Positions 20,663 through 30,247 of a stretch of 64,000 nt of DNA are shown here, piece after piece. Position 1 is the stretch's first letter. Each line of letters opens with the position of its first letter. The stretch comes from Nitrosopumilus sp. (GTDB lineage Archaea > Thermoproteota > Nitrososphaeria > Nitrososphaerales > Nitrosopumilaceae), in the NCBI GenBank assembly GCA_965249555.1, contig OZ252243.1:1856001-1920000 (forward strand), given 5' to 3'. The notes beneath the pieces are model-generated. The model was not told the origin of the DNA and made no database searches. It was given only the letters and a program-made list of their open reading frames with translations. Position numbers and translations under genes: made by a program.

Positions 20663-20865
20663 CTACACCTTATTCAGAAATCGCCTTTATCTCTGCGAAT
20701 GTAATCTGGTCAAAGTCCAACGAGTTGTTAGATGCTTTGGAGAACTTTTCTTTCATATTAAAAAATAGAATTATGCAAGAAATAGAAAAAGATCCATCCC
20801 AAATGCGTTTACTATGGAATGACCTTACTGATGAATGGCAGTACTAAACTTCTTTATTGAGAAAT

Positions 20866-21009
20866 TTATCCTCTGCCGATTCTGAAAATGGCTGTACTGC
20901 ATTTTGGGCAAGTACCCTTTACTGCAGGTTTACCATTTTTCATGGTGTATGGTCCAGCGCCTTGAATTTCACGTTTATCTCGGCACTTTACACAATATCC
21001 TATTGTCAT
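20866..21009 (-). CDS. Small basic zinc-ribbon protein (DUF5679-like, 47 aa; not in ORF track)
   Basis: MTIGYCVKCRDKREI...MKNGKPAVKGTCPKCSTAIFRIGRG. Confidence 0.8.
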   Translation of the reverse strand: MTIGYCVKCRDKREIQGAGPYTMKNGKPAVKGTCPKCSTAIFRIGRG

Positions 21010-21205
21010 AATTGCACTAGGCTCTAAGTCGTATTAGCGAGAACTTGTTGAACTTTTTTCACTAAGAAGCAAACCCATAATCTGAATTATTGTGTCGTGT
21101 AACAATTTTTTCTGTATTTGATATTTTTCTGTTCAATTTAGGAACAAATTGTTCGAATTTTTTAAATAATTGGCAATTTTTGAAGCAAATTATTTTGTCA
21201 AAATT

Positions 21206-21634
21206 TTAACTGACGTTTATTTGTAATGTGGTGTATTCAGTTAATGCATTATGGTTTTTCAGACCTTCCCATACAAAAATCTCTGCAGTAAATTCACCAG
21301 ATTGATCTGAAGTCCATGATAATGACGTACTGAGTTTTTGATTAGGTGTCAACTGTCCACTAATCCATCCTAATGAAACAACAAAATCTGCTTTATTTTT
21401 TATTTGAACAAGATATACAAAACTTTGAGATTTTTCTTGATTATTTGTAATATCAGCTGAAATCTGAATTTGCTGGTTTACATTAACATTGTCTACTATT
21501 GGTGTACGAAATGTATTTTCTAATCTTGGATCACTAGTTGTCACTCTTTGTAATTCAGTTAATGCAAATGTTGGAACAAAACTGATGGAAAATACAAGTA
21601 GAATTCCTAATAATCCTATAACTTTACCCAACAC
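21206..21634 (-). CDS. Secreted Ig-like thaumarchaeal hypothetical protein
   Basis: Signal peptide; QIQISADITNNQ...GEFTAEIFVW. Confidence 0.75.
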   Translation of the reverse strand: MLGKVIGLLGILLVFSISFVPTFALTELQRVTTSDPRLENTFRTPIVDNVNVNQQIQISADITNNQEKSQSFVYLVQIKNKADFVVSLGWISGQLTPNQKLSTSLSWTSDQSGEFTAEIFVWEGLKNHNALTEYTTLQINVS

Positions 21635-21705
21635 GATGTTTTGGACAATTTTTTTACTAATAAAGCGTTTCTAAGTTGATGTTTTTGATTTTACCTCTAA
21701 TTTAT

Positions 21706-23169
21706 TTACAAATTTTCTAGGTTTTCTATTATGGTGCTTTTCTTTGTAATTATCTTGCCTGGATTGAGCACATTTTTTGGATCAAAGAATTTTTTGATTT
21801 CTTTGAATATTTTGTAGTTTTTGGTTCCATATTGTTTTTTGATAAATTCTGAGCGTGCAAGACCATCTCCATGTTCTGCTGTTATGGTTCCTCCAAGCTT
21901 GATTACCTCCTCAAAGTACTGAATTGCAATATTTTTAATGATCACAATTTTTTTTCTATCTGAAACTAAACGGACATGAATATTTCCATTTCCTGCATGT
22001 CCGTATACAACCGATCTTGTTTTGTATTTCTTATTTATCTTGTTTAAAACTGAAAATAATTTTTGTAGATTTTCTAAAGGAACTGCTGCATCTTCAATTA
22101 CATGTGGTATTCTTTTTTCTTTTTTAATTGATTTTAAACTATAATGTAGTGATGAATCTCTATATTTCCACCATTGGAAAATATCTGAATCCCTTTTTAA
22201 TTTTTTAATAATTTTTCCTGTTATGATTGATTTTATCTTCTTTTCACTTGAACTGATATTCTCATCAAACTCTACAAAGAGTAGACATTTGATTTTCTTG
22301 TCAAACTTGAATTTTATTTGAATAAGTGTTGCTCTATCTACAAATTCAATTGCAGATGGCCCTGTTTTATTAATCTCAATACAATTGCTTATTGCATTTT
22401 TGATTGATTCATACTCTATCACAAATAGAATTCGTTTTCTTGGTTTATTTTTGATTTTTAACTTTGCTGATAAGATAATTCCAAGTGTTCCTTCAGAACC
22501 AATGATAATTTTATGAGTGTCATTAATTGATTTTACTTTGTCAATTCCATATCCTGAAGAATTTTTTGTTACATTTGGGAATCTTTTTTTATCAATCTTT
22601 TCTGTAAACTCTAAAATCTTTTTTCCAACTCTTTTATTTTTTGGAAGAATGATCTTTTTTCCATTTCCATCAATAAATATAATCTCTGCTACATTATCAA
22701 TTACACTTCCATACTTTAGACTTCTACTTCCACTAGAGTTATTTCCTAACATCCCTCCTACTGAACAAAAAGAACCAATTGATGGATTTGGTGGAAAAAA
22801 CTTTTTCTGCTCTTCAAGTTTTTTATCTAGTCTACCTTTGGTTATGCCTGGACCTACAGTGACGTGGTTTTTGCCAAGTCTGAGTAAATCAAAATTTTTC
22901 ATATCGAGTATAATTCCATTGTTTAATGCGCTTCCAACAAGACCTGTTCCTGAACCACGTACTGTAACTGATGTTTTGAATTTTTTGGCAATTTTTACTG
23001 TATTGATTACATCTTTTTCATTTTTTGGTATTACTATCATTTTTGGAATAATTTTGTATGAGCTAGCATCAACTGAATAAAACTCCTTGAATTCCTCTTG
23101 AAAAAACACATCTCCTTGAATTGTTGATTGTAGTGTTTTTAAAATTGATTTTTTCATACGGTGAATCAA
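21706..23169 (-). CDS. FAD-linked oxidoreductase (GlcD/D-lactate dehydrogenase family)
   Basis: RGSGTGL, GSEGTLG, GHAGNGNIH, EHGDG and LNPGK motifs. Confidence 0.9.
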   Translation of the reverse strand: MIHRMKKSILKTLQSTIQGDVFFQEEFKEFYSVDASSYKIIPKMIVIPKNEKDVINTVKIAKKFKTSVTVRGSGTGLVGSALNNGIILDMKNFDLLRLGKNHVTVGPGITKGRLDKKLEEQKKFFPPNPSIGSFCSVGGMLGNNSSGSRSLKYGSVIDNVAEIIFIDGNGKKIILPKNKRVGKKILEFTEKIDKKRFPNVTKNSSGYGIDKVKSINDTHKIIIGSEGTLGIILSAKLKIKNKPRKRILFVIEYESIKNAISNCIEINKTGPSAIEFVDRATLIQIKFKFDKKIKCLLFVEFDENISSSEKKIKSIITGKIIKKLKRDSDIFQWWKYRDSSLHYSLKSIKKEKRIPHVIEDAAVPLENLQKLFSVLNKINKKYKTRSVVYGHAGNGNIHVRLVSDRKKIVIIKNIAIQYFEEVIKLGGTITAEHGDGLARSEFIKKQYGTKNYKIFKEIKKFFDPKNVLNPGKIITKKSTIIENLENL

Positions 23170-24482
23170 ATTTTGATTCTATAGTAATCCCATCTTTCAG
23201 GATCAAATTGTGTCACAAACTCTGCTCGTTCTCTGTTTATTCTTGCTTTGATAACATCTCGTAATGCAAAACTTGTCATGTATTTGTACTTCATAGAGTA
23301 TGCTTGCATGATAAACATGTGGCGCATCTCACTTCCACCTTTTAGTCCCCAATACCCCATCTTTAGTGCTAATGGTTCTAAAAATATTGTATTTTCTAGT
23401 CCATAATTTTCATCTCTAATCTCTTCACGCAGTTTGTATTTCTCAAGTGCTCCTCCCTTGACAAATCCCACAATTTCTCCATTTTTATCATTTAGTCTAA
23501 GTGTGTTGATGATTATTTCTGGATCTCTGATAGATTTTTCAAAACTCTCTTTTTCAAATTGTAGCGGAGTTGGAAGCTCCAAAAAGATTTCATACAGTGT
23601 CTTGATGAAATTTGGATCTTCTCTTGTTGTCATACATTCTATTGTTGGAACTAACTTGAGATTTTCATAAGCATAATCTGCTTGAATGGAAATCTCTTGT
23701 TGTCTGATTCTCATAAATGACAATACGGTATCAAAAAAGTTCTTTCTCATCTCTTTTGGCAGAACCTTGAGAATTGCTTTTGACATGTCTGTTTCTTTAT
23801 TTAGTAATTCTTCAAAATATGCAACTGCACTTCTAACAATCAATGCTGGTCTCCATGCAAGCGCATGTGCATTCATCTTAGCCATTTCCATTGCTTTTGA
23901 AAAATCACCTAATGCATAACTACTAATTCTATCCACTACTGTTAGATACCCTCCCATTTTCATAATGTGTTGCTGATATTGTTGGTTATTTCTTGTCAAA
24001 TCAGAATTTTGAAAACATTGTTTAATTTGGGCTTCTGCAGTTTTTTTAATCTCCCCACTCCAAGGATATGTTGTTCTTAAAATCAATACCTTGATAATTT
24101 CTAAATCTATATTTACAGAATCAATTAATTGACGAAGTTTTTTATCAGATGAGATAAATTTTATGACACTTTCTTCATGTGGTTTGTCTACACTTTTTTG
24201 AGGATCAAAGTCATGAAGCAACGCTGCAACGAAGATATATTTTATGTCTTCATTAGTGAGTTGTATTTTATCTTGTTTTACAGCTAAAAGTGAAACATAT
24301 GTTACTTCTAATTCATGATTAATGTTATGATATCCGTAATAATCAGCACCAAGACCCTGACTTTCAAACAAGTCAATAGTATAATCTAACATCTCAACAT
24401 AACAATCATCTTCTAATCTATTTTGCACCATTAAATTAAGAATGTCATTTCTCATTGAATGGGTGTTTGCAAATTGTTGCAA
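23166..24482 (-). CDS. HD-domain protein
   Basis: YHNINH...AALLHDFD. Confidence 0.8.
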   Translation of the reverse strand: MQQFANTHSMRNDILNLMVQNRLEDDCYVEMLDYTIDLFESQGLGADYYGYHNINHELEVTYVSLLAVKQDKIQLTNEDIKYIFVAALLHDFDPQKSVDKPHEESVIKFISSDKKLRQLIDSVNIDLEIIKVLILRTTYPWSGEIKKTAEAQIKQCFQNSDLTRNNQQYQQHIMKMGGYLTVVDRISSYALGDFSKAMEMAKMNAHALAWRPALIVRSAVAYFEELLNKETDMSKAILKVLPKEMRKNFFDTVLSFMRIRQQEISIQADYAYENLKLVPTIECMTTREDPNFIKTLYEIFLELPTPLQFEKESFEKSIRDPEIIINTLRLNDKNGEIVGFVKGGALEKYKLREEIRDENYGLENTIFLEPLALKMGYWGLKGGSEMRHMFIMQAYSMKYKYMTSFALRDVIKARINRERAEFVTQFDPERWDYYRIKI

Positions 24483-24601
24483 TAACGATCAATCATAATT
24501 CATGTTTTTAAAGATGACCTCTCTAGGCTAGAAAATTCACTTTGTTTTTTGCAGGTTTTGCTTAGAAAGATTCAATAGAATTATGGTCTGGCTAATTTTA
24601 G

Positions 24602-25006
24602 ATGTCTGTAAATCTGGATTTACTTGAAATTTTAATGGAATATACCGAAAAAAATTCTCCAAAGTATCTGCTTTATCTAAATGATGATACTTTTCCAATT
24701 ACTTGTGTGTCTATTACAAATTCACCTATTCCTGTTAATGAACCAACTACTCGCGGTGGTGTGTATTTTTCAGAAAAATTTGCCTACAAGATGAAAGGAG
24801 TGATAGATGACCTCTCTGTGGTTCCGCTATTGACCAAAAAGATGCTTGGACCAAACACAGAATTTGCTGAACTTAAAATCTCCACTCAAATAGAATCTAA
24901 TGGAGCACCTATGAGTATTGAAATCTTTACCAATCTCACAAACAGTGTACAAACTCCTGATTCAATTGAACTTAGTATGATAATAGTCAAACTAGAATCT
25001 GTCTAG
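24602..25006 (+). CDS. Hypothetical protein
   Basis: PTTRGGVYF motif. Confidence 0.65.
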   Translation: MSVNLDLLEILMEYTEKNSPKYLLYLNDDTFPITCVSITNSPIPVNEPTTRGGVYFSEKFAYKMKGVIDDLSVVPLLTKKMLGPNTEFAELKISTQIESNGAPMSIEIFTNLTNSVQTPDSIELSMIIVKLESV

Positions 25007-25554
25007 TCGACTTTTATATATTTATCATACTTTTCTCTTTTTTCCTCATCTGAAAGTATTTCATATGCTTTGTTTAATTCTACCATTTCTTCTTCAGAAT
25101 CTTCTTTTGTTTTATCTGGGTGGGTTTTCTTTGCAAGCTCTCTGAACTTCTTTTTGATTTCTCTTTGTGTTGCATCTCTTGGAATTTCTAGAATTTCATA
25201 ATAATTTGGAAGATCATCATTTATTGCCGCATCGCGAAACTCTTTATCTTCTGTTGTGTTTTTTCTCTGTCCTATATCTTCATAATCATCTCCCCAGTTA
25301 GAGTGATATTTTTCATATGTCTTGTCTTTCTTTGATTCAAGATTCTCTTTGTCATATGATGTCTTTCTTCTAAGTATAGTGTCTCTTGCTAAAAACAAAA
25401 AGATTGCAATGATTACAATTGCAAAACTTCCAAAGAGTATTATCTTTTCTTCATCAGAAACTTCAAGCTCCATTATTGTTTCAGTTTGTGCATATGTTGT
25501 TTGTAAACCTCCAAAGATAATTAACAAAATTACAAAAACACTGAATAGCTTCAA
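25003..25554 (-). CDS. Membrane-anchored DnaJ-domain protein
   Basis: NYYEILEI...HPDK...AYEILSD. Confidence 0.9.
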   Translation of the reverse strand: MKLFSVFVILLIIFGGLQTTYAQTETIMELEVSDEEKIILFGSFAIVIIAIFLFLARDTILRRKTSYDKENLESKKDKTYEKYHSNWGDDYEDIGQRKNTTEDKEFRDAAINDDLPNYYEILEIPRDATQREIKKKFRELAKKTHPDKTKEDSEEEMVELNKAYEILSDEEKREKYDKYIKVD

Positions 25555-25564
25555 TTTCTTTTAC

Positions 25565-26008
25565 CTATGTTAATCTAAAATCTTCTTTTACGGTATTTAG
25601 AACTACGTGAGTGATTGTATTTTCCACGTTTGAGATGGCTGTCAGACCCTTTACAAACTTACTTAGCTCGTCTCTTTCCTTGAATTTTGCTATAATTACC
25701 GTATCTGCTGAACCTGTAATGTCATAAACTCCACATACATTTTCAAATTCTGATATCTCATTTTCAATATCTTCAATTTTGTCATTTTTGGCAATAATTT
25801 CAATAATTGCAGTAAGTGAATAACCTAGTTTTTCATGGTCAATTATGGCTGTATATCCGCAAATGATATTTGCTTTTTCTAACTTTTTAATTCTAGATAA
25901 TATGGTGACAGTTGACATTCCAAGTTTTAATGCAAGCTGCCTAGCTGATAATCTCGCATCAACCATCAAATTTTTGAGAATCCTTTCATCTGTCTCATCT
26001 AACTTCAT
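25565..26008 (-). CDS. Lrp/AsnC-family transcriptional regulator
   Basis: LDETDERIL...DARLS...RIKKLE; YDITG. Confidence 0.9.
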   Translation of the reverse strand: MKLDETDERILKNLMVDARLSARQLALKLGMSTVTILSRIKKLEKANIICGYTAIIDHEKLGYSLTAIIEIIAKNDKIEDIENEISEFENVCGVYDITGSADTVIIAKFKERDELSKFVKGLTAISNVENTITHVVLNTVKEDFRLT

Positions 26009-26076
26009 ACTCTATAATGCTGAAAAATTTATTTAAATTTTCAGTGAATAGATGTAAATTTGTTCAGTTTATTGCC

Positions 26077-26186
26077 TGTCTTTTAGTACTTATTTTTCAG
26101 ATTTAATACAAATACTGGATTTTATCGTCTTGGAGTTCCAGGAAGTTTGTCTTTTAGTACTTATTTTTCAGATTTAATACAAATAC
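26077..26186. repeat. Perfect 39-bp direct repeat separated by a 32-bp unique segment
   Basis: TGTCTTTTAGTACTTATTTTTCAGATTTAATACAAATAC at 26077-26115 and 26148-26186. Confidence 0.9.
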
Positions 26187-26201
26187 ACTATCTTGTAATT
26201 T

Positions 26202-26429
26202 ATGGATGAAATTCAAAATCTTGTAGCAAAAGGTAGATCATTCTTGGAAGATGGAAAATTTGGTGATGCTCTTGCTTTCTTTGAACAAGCACTTCTTTTG
26301 AATCAGAATGATCCTGATCTTTGGAATTACAAGGGAACCGCACTTCGAAGTTTGGGAAGATATGAGGATGCAATGGACTGCTTTAACAAATCATTGGAAA
26401 TTGATCCTCGAGATAAACATGCATCTTGA
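26202..26429 (+). CDS. Small TPR protein
   Basis: Two TPR motifs. Confidence 0.85.
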   Translation: MDEIQNLVAKGRSFLEDGKFGDALAFFEQALLLNQNDPDLWNYKGTALRSLGRYEDAMDCFNKSLEIDPRDKHAS

Positions 26430-26689
26430 GGCTCTGGTCAATCTAGGTGATCTGACATAATATAGGGATGCGGATCTCTCTGAATTGAATTTCATGCTGA
26501 ACTTTCTCCATACAGATCACCAAAACTATACAGTACATATTTTGGGAAATTCCGACTTGATAGTATTCAAGAATTTTTTATATCACTTCTGACCAAGGGT
26601 TTTTCAAGGGGGTCGGGCAATCTTGAGAAGATCCATATTTGTCACTTCTGACCACTATCTATGCTAGATCACCAGAACTGACCAGAGCC
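26430..26689. mobile_element. MITE copy 1 (260 bp)
   Basis: TIR GGCTCTGGTCA..CT.GGTGATCT / AGATCACCAGAACTGACCAGAGCC; no transposase ORF. Confidence 0.9.
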
Positions 26690-27516
26690 AACAGTACCAT
26701 TACTGCATTCCCGATCTTGGAGAAGGCGGTGGAAAGAGGGCAGACCTTGTGGCATATTCTTTCAGGCCTGTAAACGGCAATGATATCACAAAACATGGTA
26801 AGGTAGATCCTACCATATGGTCTGACAAGGTAATTGCAGTGGAGGTGGAGACAGACCCGACAAAACACAAGGGACAGGTGTATATCAATTATGAAAAGAA
26901 CGCATCGCGCGGGATGGGTGTGTGGTTTGTCGTGTTTTCAGCAAAGCACAAGGAATATGTCATTGATGCCCTGGCAGAAAAAGACATTGGGACAGAGCTG
27001 TATGGTCTGGTCCTGGTTGATCCCCAAAGCATTGATTTCAAAAATGAAAAATATTCAGCCGCATCCCAATCCGTTGATGACATGCAGGATATGGTGGTAA
27101 AGGGAATTGGTACCGGATATGAGTCGGTACAGGGCATTGTAAACAAGTCAAATCTTACCACGTCGCAGGTCATGGCGTGTCTGCACTCTATGGAGAGGAG
27201 GGGAATTGTTGAAAGGTCTGGTGCGATACAGACTGTAACAAAGCAGTCCTTGGATCTGACTGGAACCCATAAGACCCAGACAAAAAAGGACACCTTTATG
27301 CTCAGTCCGGATGTTGTTGCAAAGGCATCCCCCGAACCCAATGAGGAGAAACCCGGCATGGAGAAATATTCCAACACCGACAATGTCGCACTGAAATTAT
27401 TCCTTGATGACGAGGATTTTGCAGATTATGATATAGTGCATGATGTGTTAAAATCACGCGGGTATGGTGTTAGAAGAAAAAAGAATGGCGGCGTCACACT
27501 GTACAAAATGGGATAG
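26690..27516 (+). pseudogene. 5'-truncated GC-richer gene: PD-(D/E)xK-like motif plus wHTH (plasmid/virus-like)
   Basis: Frame is open back to the MITE boundary (QYHYCIPDLG...RADLVAY...IAVEVETDP); visibly higher GC than the host. Confidence 0.6.
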
Positions 27517-27641
27517 AAATTTATAAGAAAATTTCTTGCTCCATACATCTCATGCAAAGTTAACAGAATTAGTTAGACCATTAGGCACCAAACATCATTT
27601 ATCGAAAATTTATAAGGCATAGGATGTATAGTTTACACAAT

Positions 27642-27785
27642 ATGGCATTAAGAGAGATTCTACCATTGGAAGAAAAGGATTGGAATGCACTAATAAATGA
27701 TTTAGAACAAGGTCAAACCGAAGAACAATCTGATTTCTTACAAGAGTCTCTTAAACATGCAAATAACCTCAAGATTTCTAGATAA
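27642..27785 (+). CDS. Putative antitoxin (47 aa, resembles DUF1778/TacA C-terminus; not in ORF track)
   Basis: MALREILPLEEKDWNALINDLEQGQTEEQSDFLQESLKHANNLKISR; ends 3 nt before the GNAT gene. Confidence 0.6.
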   Translation: MALREILPLEEKDWNALINDLEQGQTEEQSDFLQESLKHANNLKISR

Positions 27786-27788
27786 TAA

Positions 27789-28316
27789 TTGTCCAAGCCT
27801 GAAATTGATTTTGATAAAATAGTAGTCACACGTCTTAGTGAAACCACTGTTGGTATTGACAGCTTTAAGAATTCAAAACAAGAAATGGTTGATCATATTC
27901 AAAAGGAAGCACTTAGAGATCAACAGCTAAAAATTGGAACTACCTGGGTTTGGGTTTATGATAATAAAATTGCGCTGGGATATATTTCACTTGCAATGTA
28001 TTCAATAGATAAAAAAGACATTCTACACAATCAAGATGAATCAGCACAAAAATATCCCTATGGATCTATTCCTTCTTTATTAATCGGTCAAATTGCAACT
28101 CATCAGGATTATGAGTGTAATAAAATTGGACAATCCATGGTTTCTTGGGCAATTAAACAGGCATTTGAATATTCAAAAGAAGTTGGTTGTAGAACTGTTG
28201 CACTTCATCCACATGAAGATGTAATTGAGTGGTATGATAAGAAATTAAAATTTAAACATATCAAAAGAGACAACAAACAAGACATAATGTATTTCAACCT
28301 TCTGAAAAAATCTTAA
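27789..28316 (+). CDS. GNAT acetyltransferase of the AtaT/TacT toxin type
   Basis: GYISL, YPYGSIPSLLIGQIATHQDY..KIG, VGCRTVAL and WY motifs. Confidence 0.8.
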   Translation: MSKPEIDFDKIVVTRLSETTVGIDSFKNSKQEMVDHIQKEALRDQQLKIGTTWVWVYDNKIALGYISLAMYSIDKKDILHNQDESAQKYPYGSIPSLLIGQIATHQDYECNKIGQSMVSWAIKQAFEYSKEVGCRTVALHPHEDVIEWYDKKLKFKHIKRDNKQDIMYFNLLKKS

Positions 28317-28465
28317 TTTTTTTCGTTACTCTTGTATGTTTATGTTAAATTTATGACAAGTATGACATCAAAAACGCAACTACCAATATTTATCTTAGCA
28401 GAAAGTCACAAAAGAGAGCCATAATTCCACAGGATGTAAGGCAAACAATACTGGAGTTGACAGAA

Positions 28466-28638
28466 TGATGAACAAGACACAGCAAAACATGTTCAAACTG
28501 CAACTAGATTGGAATCATACTCATCAATGTATTGTCTGTTATAGGGAATTTGGATGTGATGGAAAGGAGCCACATTGTGCTACACCATTTGAAGAGCCTG
28601 CATTATGTGCAGATTGCCTTGATGCTGAAATTCCCTAG
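28466..28638 (+). CDS. Small virus-like zinc-finger protein (~57 aa; not in ORF track)
   Basis: MMNKTQQNMF...HQCIVCYREFGC...HC...LCADCL; coordinates approximate. Confidence 0.5.
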
Positions 28639-28689
28639 AGTGTCGGAGGAAATTGAAATGAAAAAACCACAGCAAAACATGTTCACCAA

Positions 28690-28798
28690 ATTTCTGTAAC
28701 GATAAAGTTACAGCCCCATTGAAGCATGAGACAGCTGAAACTCTGATGAAACAGCTTAACGCATTTCTGTAACGATAAAGTTACAGCCCCATTGAAGC
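28690..28798 (+). CRISPR. Orphan CRISPR mini-array: two identical 36-bp repeats and one 37-bp spacer (type I-G/I-U-like repeat)
   Basis: Repeat ATTTCTGTAACGATAAAGTTACAGCCCCATTGAAGC with a 7-bp hairpin CTGTAAC/GTTACAG and an ATTGAAGC 3' end; no cas genes in the window. Confidence 0.85.
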
Positions 28799-28933
28799 AT
28801 GGAAACCAATTCTACAATCACCATGATTATTGCATTTGTGGTTGCGGTAATAATGCTACTATCTGTGGGTGTAACTCTTGCATATGTAATCCATAATACT
28901 GATGCTCTCTATAGCATTAGAGGAAACAAATGA
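28799..28933 (+). CDS. Small single-TM protein (44 aa) starting immediately after CRISPR repeat 2
   Basis: METNSTITMIIAFVVAVIMLLSVGVTLAYVIH...; ATGA overlap with the next ORF. Confidence 0.5.
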   Translation: METNSTITMIIAFVVAVIMLLSVGVTLAYVIHNTDALYSIRGNK

Positions 28934-29676
28934 CTACACTAAAATTTGTCTCAAATAAAAAATGGCCACCTACAGATCGTAATAAATTCATGGACATGAG
29001 AGATGCACTGGAGAACATCAGATGTGCTATAAAATATTATAATGAGAAAAATTCATTCCACATGATAGGTGATGACTTTATCAGACATTATTCCCTCAAA
29101 GAATTACACGCAATCAACATCATAATTGAATTCCAGGCCCATAGGAGACGTGCAAAGATTTTTCCCTCCGAATATGAATCCCTCCAGGCGTTCTGTATAA
29201 AATGCAAAGAATTCAGACTATTCAATACAATTCCTCCTCATTCTAACATTGCCAATCCAGAATCAGTTCGGATGTACTCTCATTGTTATCATGCAGATAC
29301 AACCCACAATCTGACTCTCATCGAACAGAAGAAACATCAAAAAATTCTGGACACACCACTATCTCCAACAGCTACAATCAGCATAGGGCAGTTTATGGGT
29401 AGGTACTATAATATGAGAGATGCCATAAACATTAGGAGTTTTTATCTGAATTATCTGAAACCCTTGTCAAATATCCCTGTTGAGGATTTCTTTATCAATA
29501 TATCCATAAATGGAAAAACCCAACTGATGTGTCCTGCATGTCATAGAGTCTACAAAAGAAAAGATATGGCAGAAATTCACAATAAACATTTTTGGAATGT
29601 AAATGATTTTTTCATAGGATGCCAAAAGGGAGTGGAGCATGTAAGAAAACAAAAAATGGAGAAGAGTCATAGATGA
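28930..29676 (+). CDS. Hypothetical protein with two putative Zn-binding motifs (virus-like)
   Basis: CIKC...HCYH and CPAC...H...C motifs. Confidence 0.65.
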   Translation: MTTLKFVSNKKWPPTDRNKFMDMRDALENIRCAIKYYNEKNSFHMIGDDFIRHYSLKELHAINIIIEFQAHRRRAKIFPSEYESLQAFCIKCKEFRLFNTIPPHSNIANPESVRMYSHCYHADTTHNLTLIEQKKHQKILDTPLSPTATISIGQFMGRYYNMRDAINIRSFYLNYLKPLSNIPVEDFFINISINGKTQLMCPACHRVYKRKDMAEIHNKHFWNVNDFFIGCQKGVEHVRKQKMEKSHR

Positions 29677-29706
29677 GGATTGCAATAGTGGGAACAAGTA
29701 TTAGAT

Positions 29707-29856
29707 GGTCTGAGGGTTTACTATAATTTCACAAAAAAGCATAGTGCATTAAATGGAAAAACACCAGCAGAACAAGCTTTGATACAAGTTGATGGAAGAA
29801 ACAAATGGATTACACTAATTCAAAATGCCAGCTTATACAAAGAAAATATTGAATAG
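29707..29856 (+). pseudogene. 3' remnant of an IS6-like DDE transposase
   Basis: GLRVYYNFTKKHSALNGKTPAEQA...NKWITLIQNA, homologous to the C-terminal region of the 57860-58615 ORF. Confidence 0.8.
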
Positions 29857-29859
29857 TAT

Positions 29860-30117
29860 TTAATTTTCTAGTTTTGTTACTCTTGTCGTTAATGTAGCTA
29901 TATCTTCTCCATCAGTATGCAGTATGTCAAAAATATTAGGAATTATTTGTGTATCTCTTTTTACAGATTGTATGTTATTTTCTATTTTTTCTAATCCATG
30001 TTCAATATCATCTAGTCTTTTACAAGTATGAGAATGAACTTTGTTTAAACTTTCAGTTAGAGATTCCATGAATTTATTGAATTGTTTTATTGTAACTGGT
30101 TTGTCTTCACTGGACAT
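29860..30117 (-). CDS. Small coiled-coil protein
   Basis: Heptad pattern RLDDIEHGLEKIENNI...LTTRVTKLE. Confidence 0.6.
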   Translation of the reverse strand: MSSEDKPVTIKQFNKFMESLTESLNKVHSHTCKRLDDIEHGLEKIENNIQSVKRDTQIIPNIFDILHTDGEDIATLTTRVTKLEN

Positions 30118-30247
30118 ATCTCTATTACAGATTGTATATTATATAAACTCCAAAGTTGGTATGTATCCATGTGAATTGTTTTGTATTAAGAGAGAGAGAG
30201 TTTTCAGGGAATAGATTGTGCAGACATGTTTATTTGAATATAATAAA

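Noticed and set aside
22517-23080. 187-aa plus-strand ORF
   Set aside because: It is antisense to the FAD oxidoreductase.
26077-26186. Calling the 39-bp repeat pair a CRISPR array
   Set aside because: There is no hairpin or ATTGAAA(N)-type end. It is reported only as a duplication with an insert.
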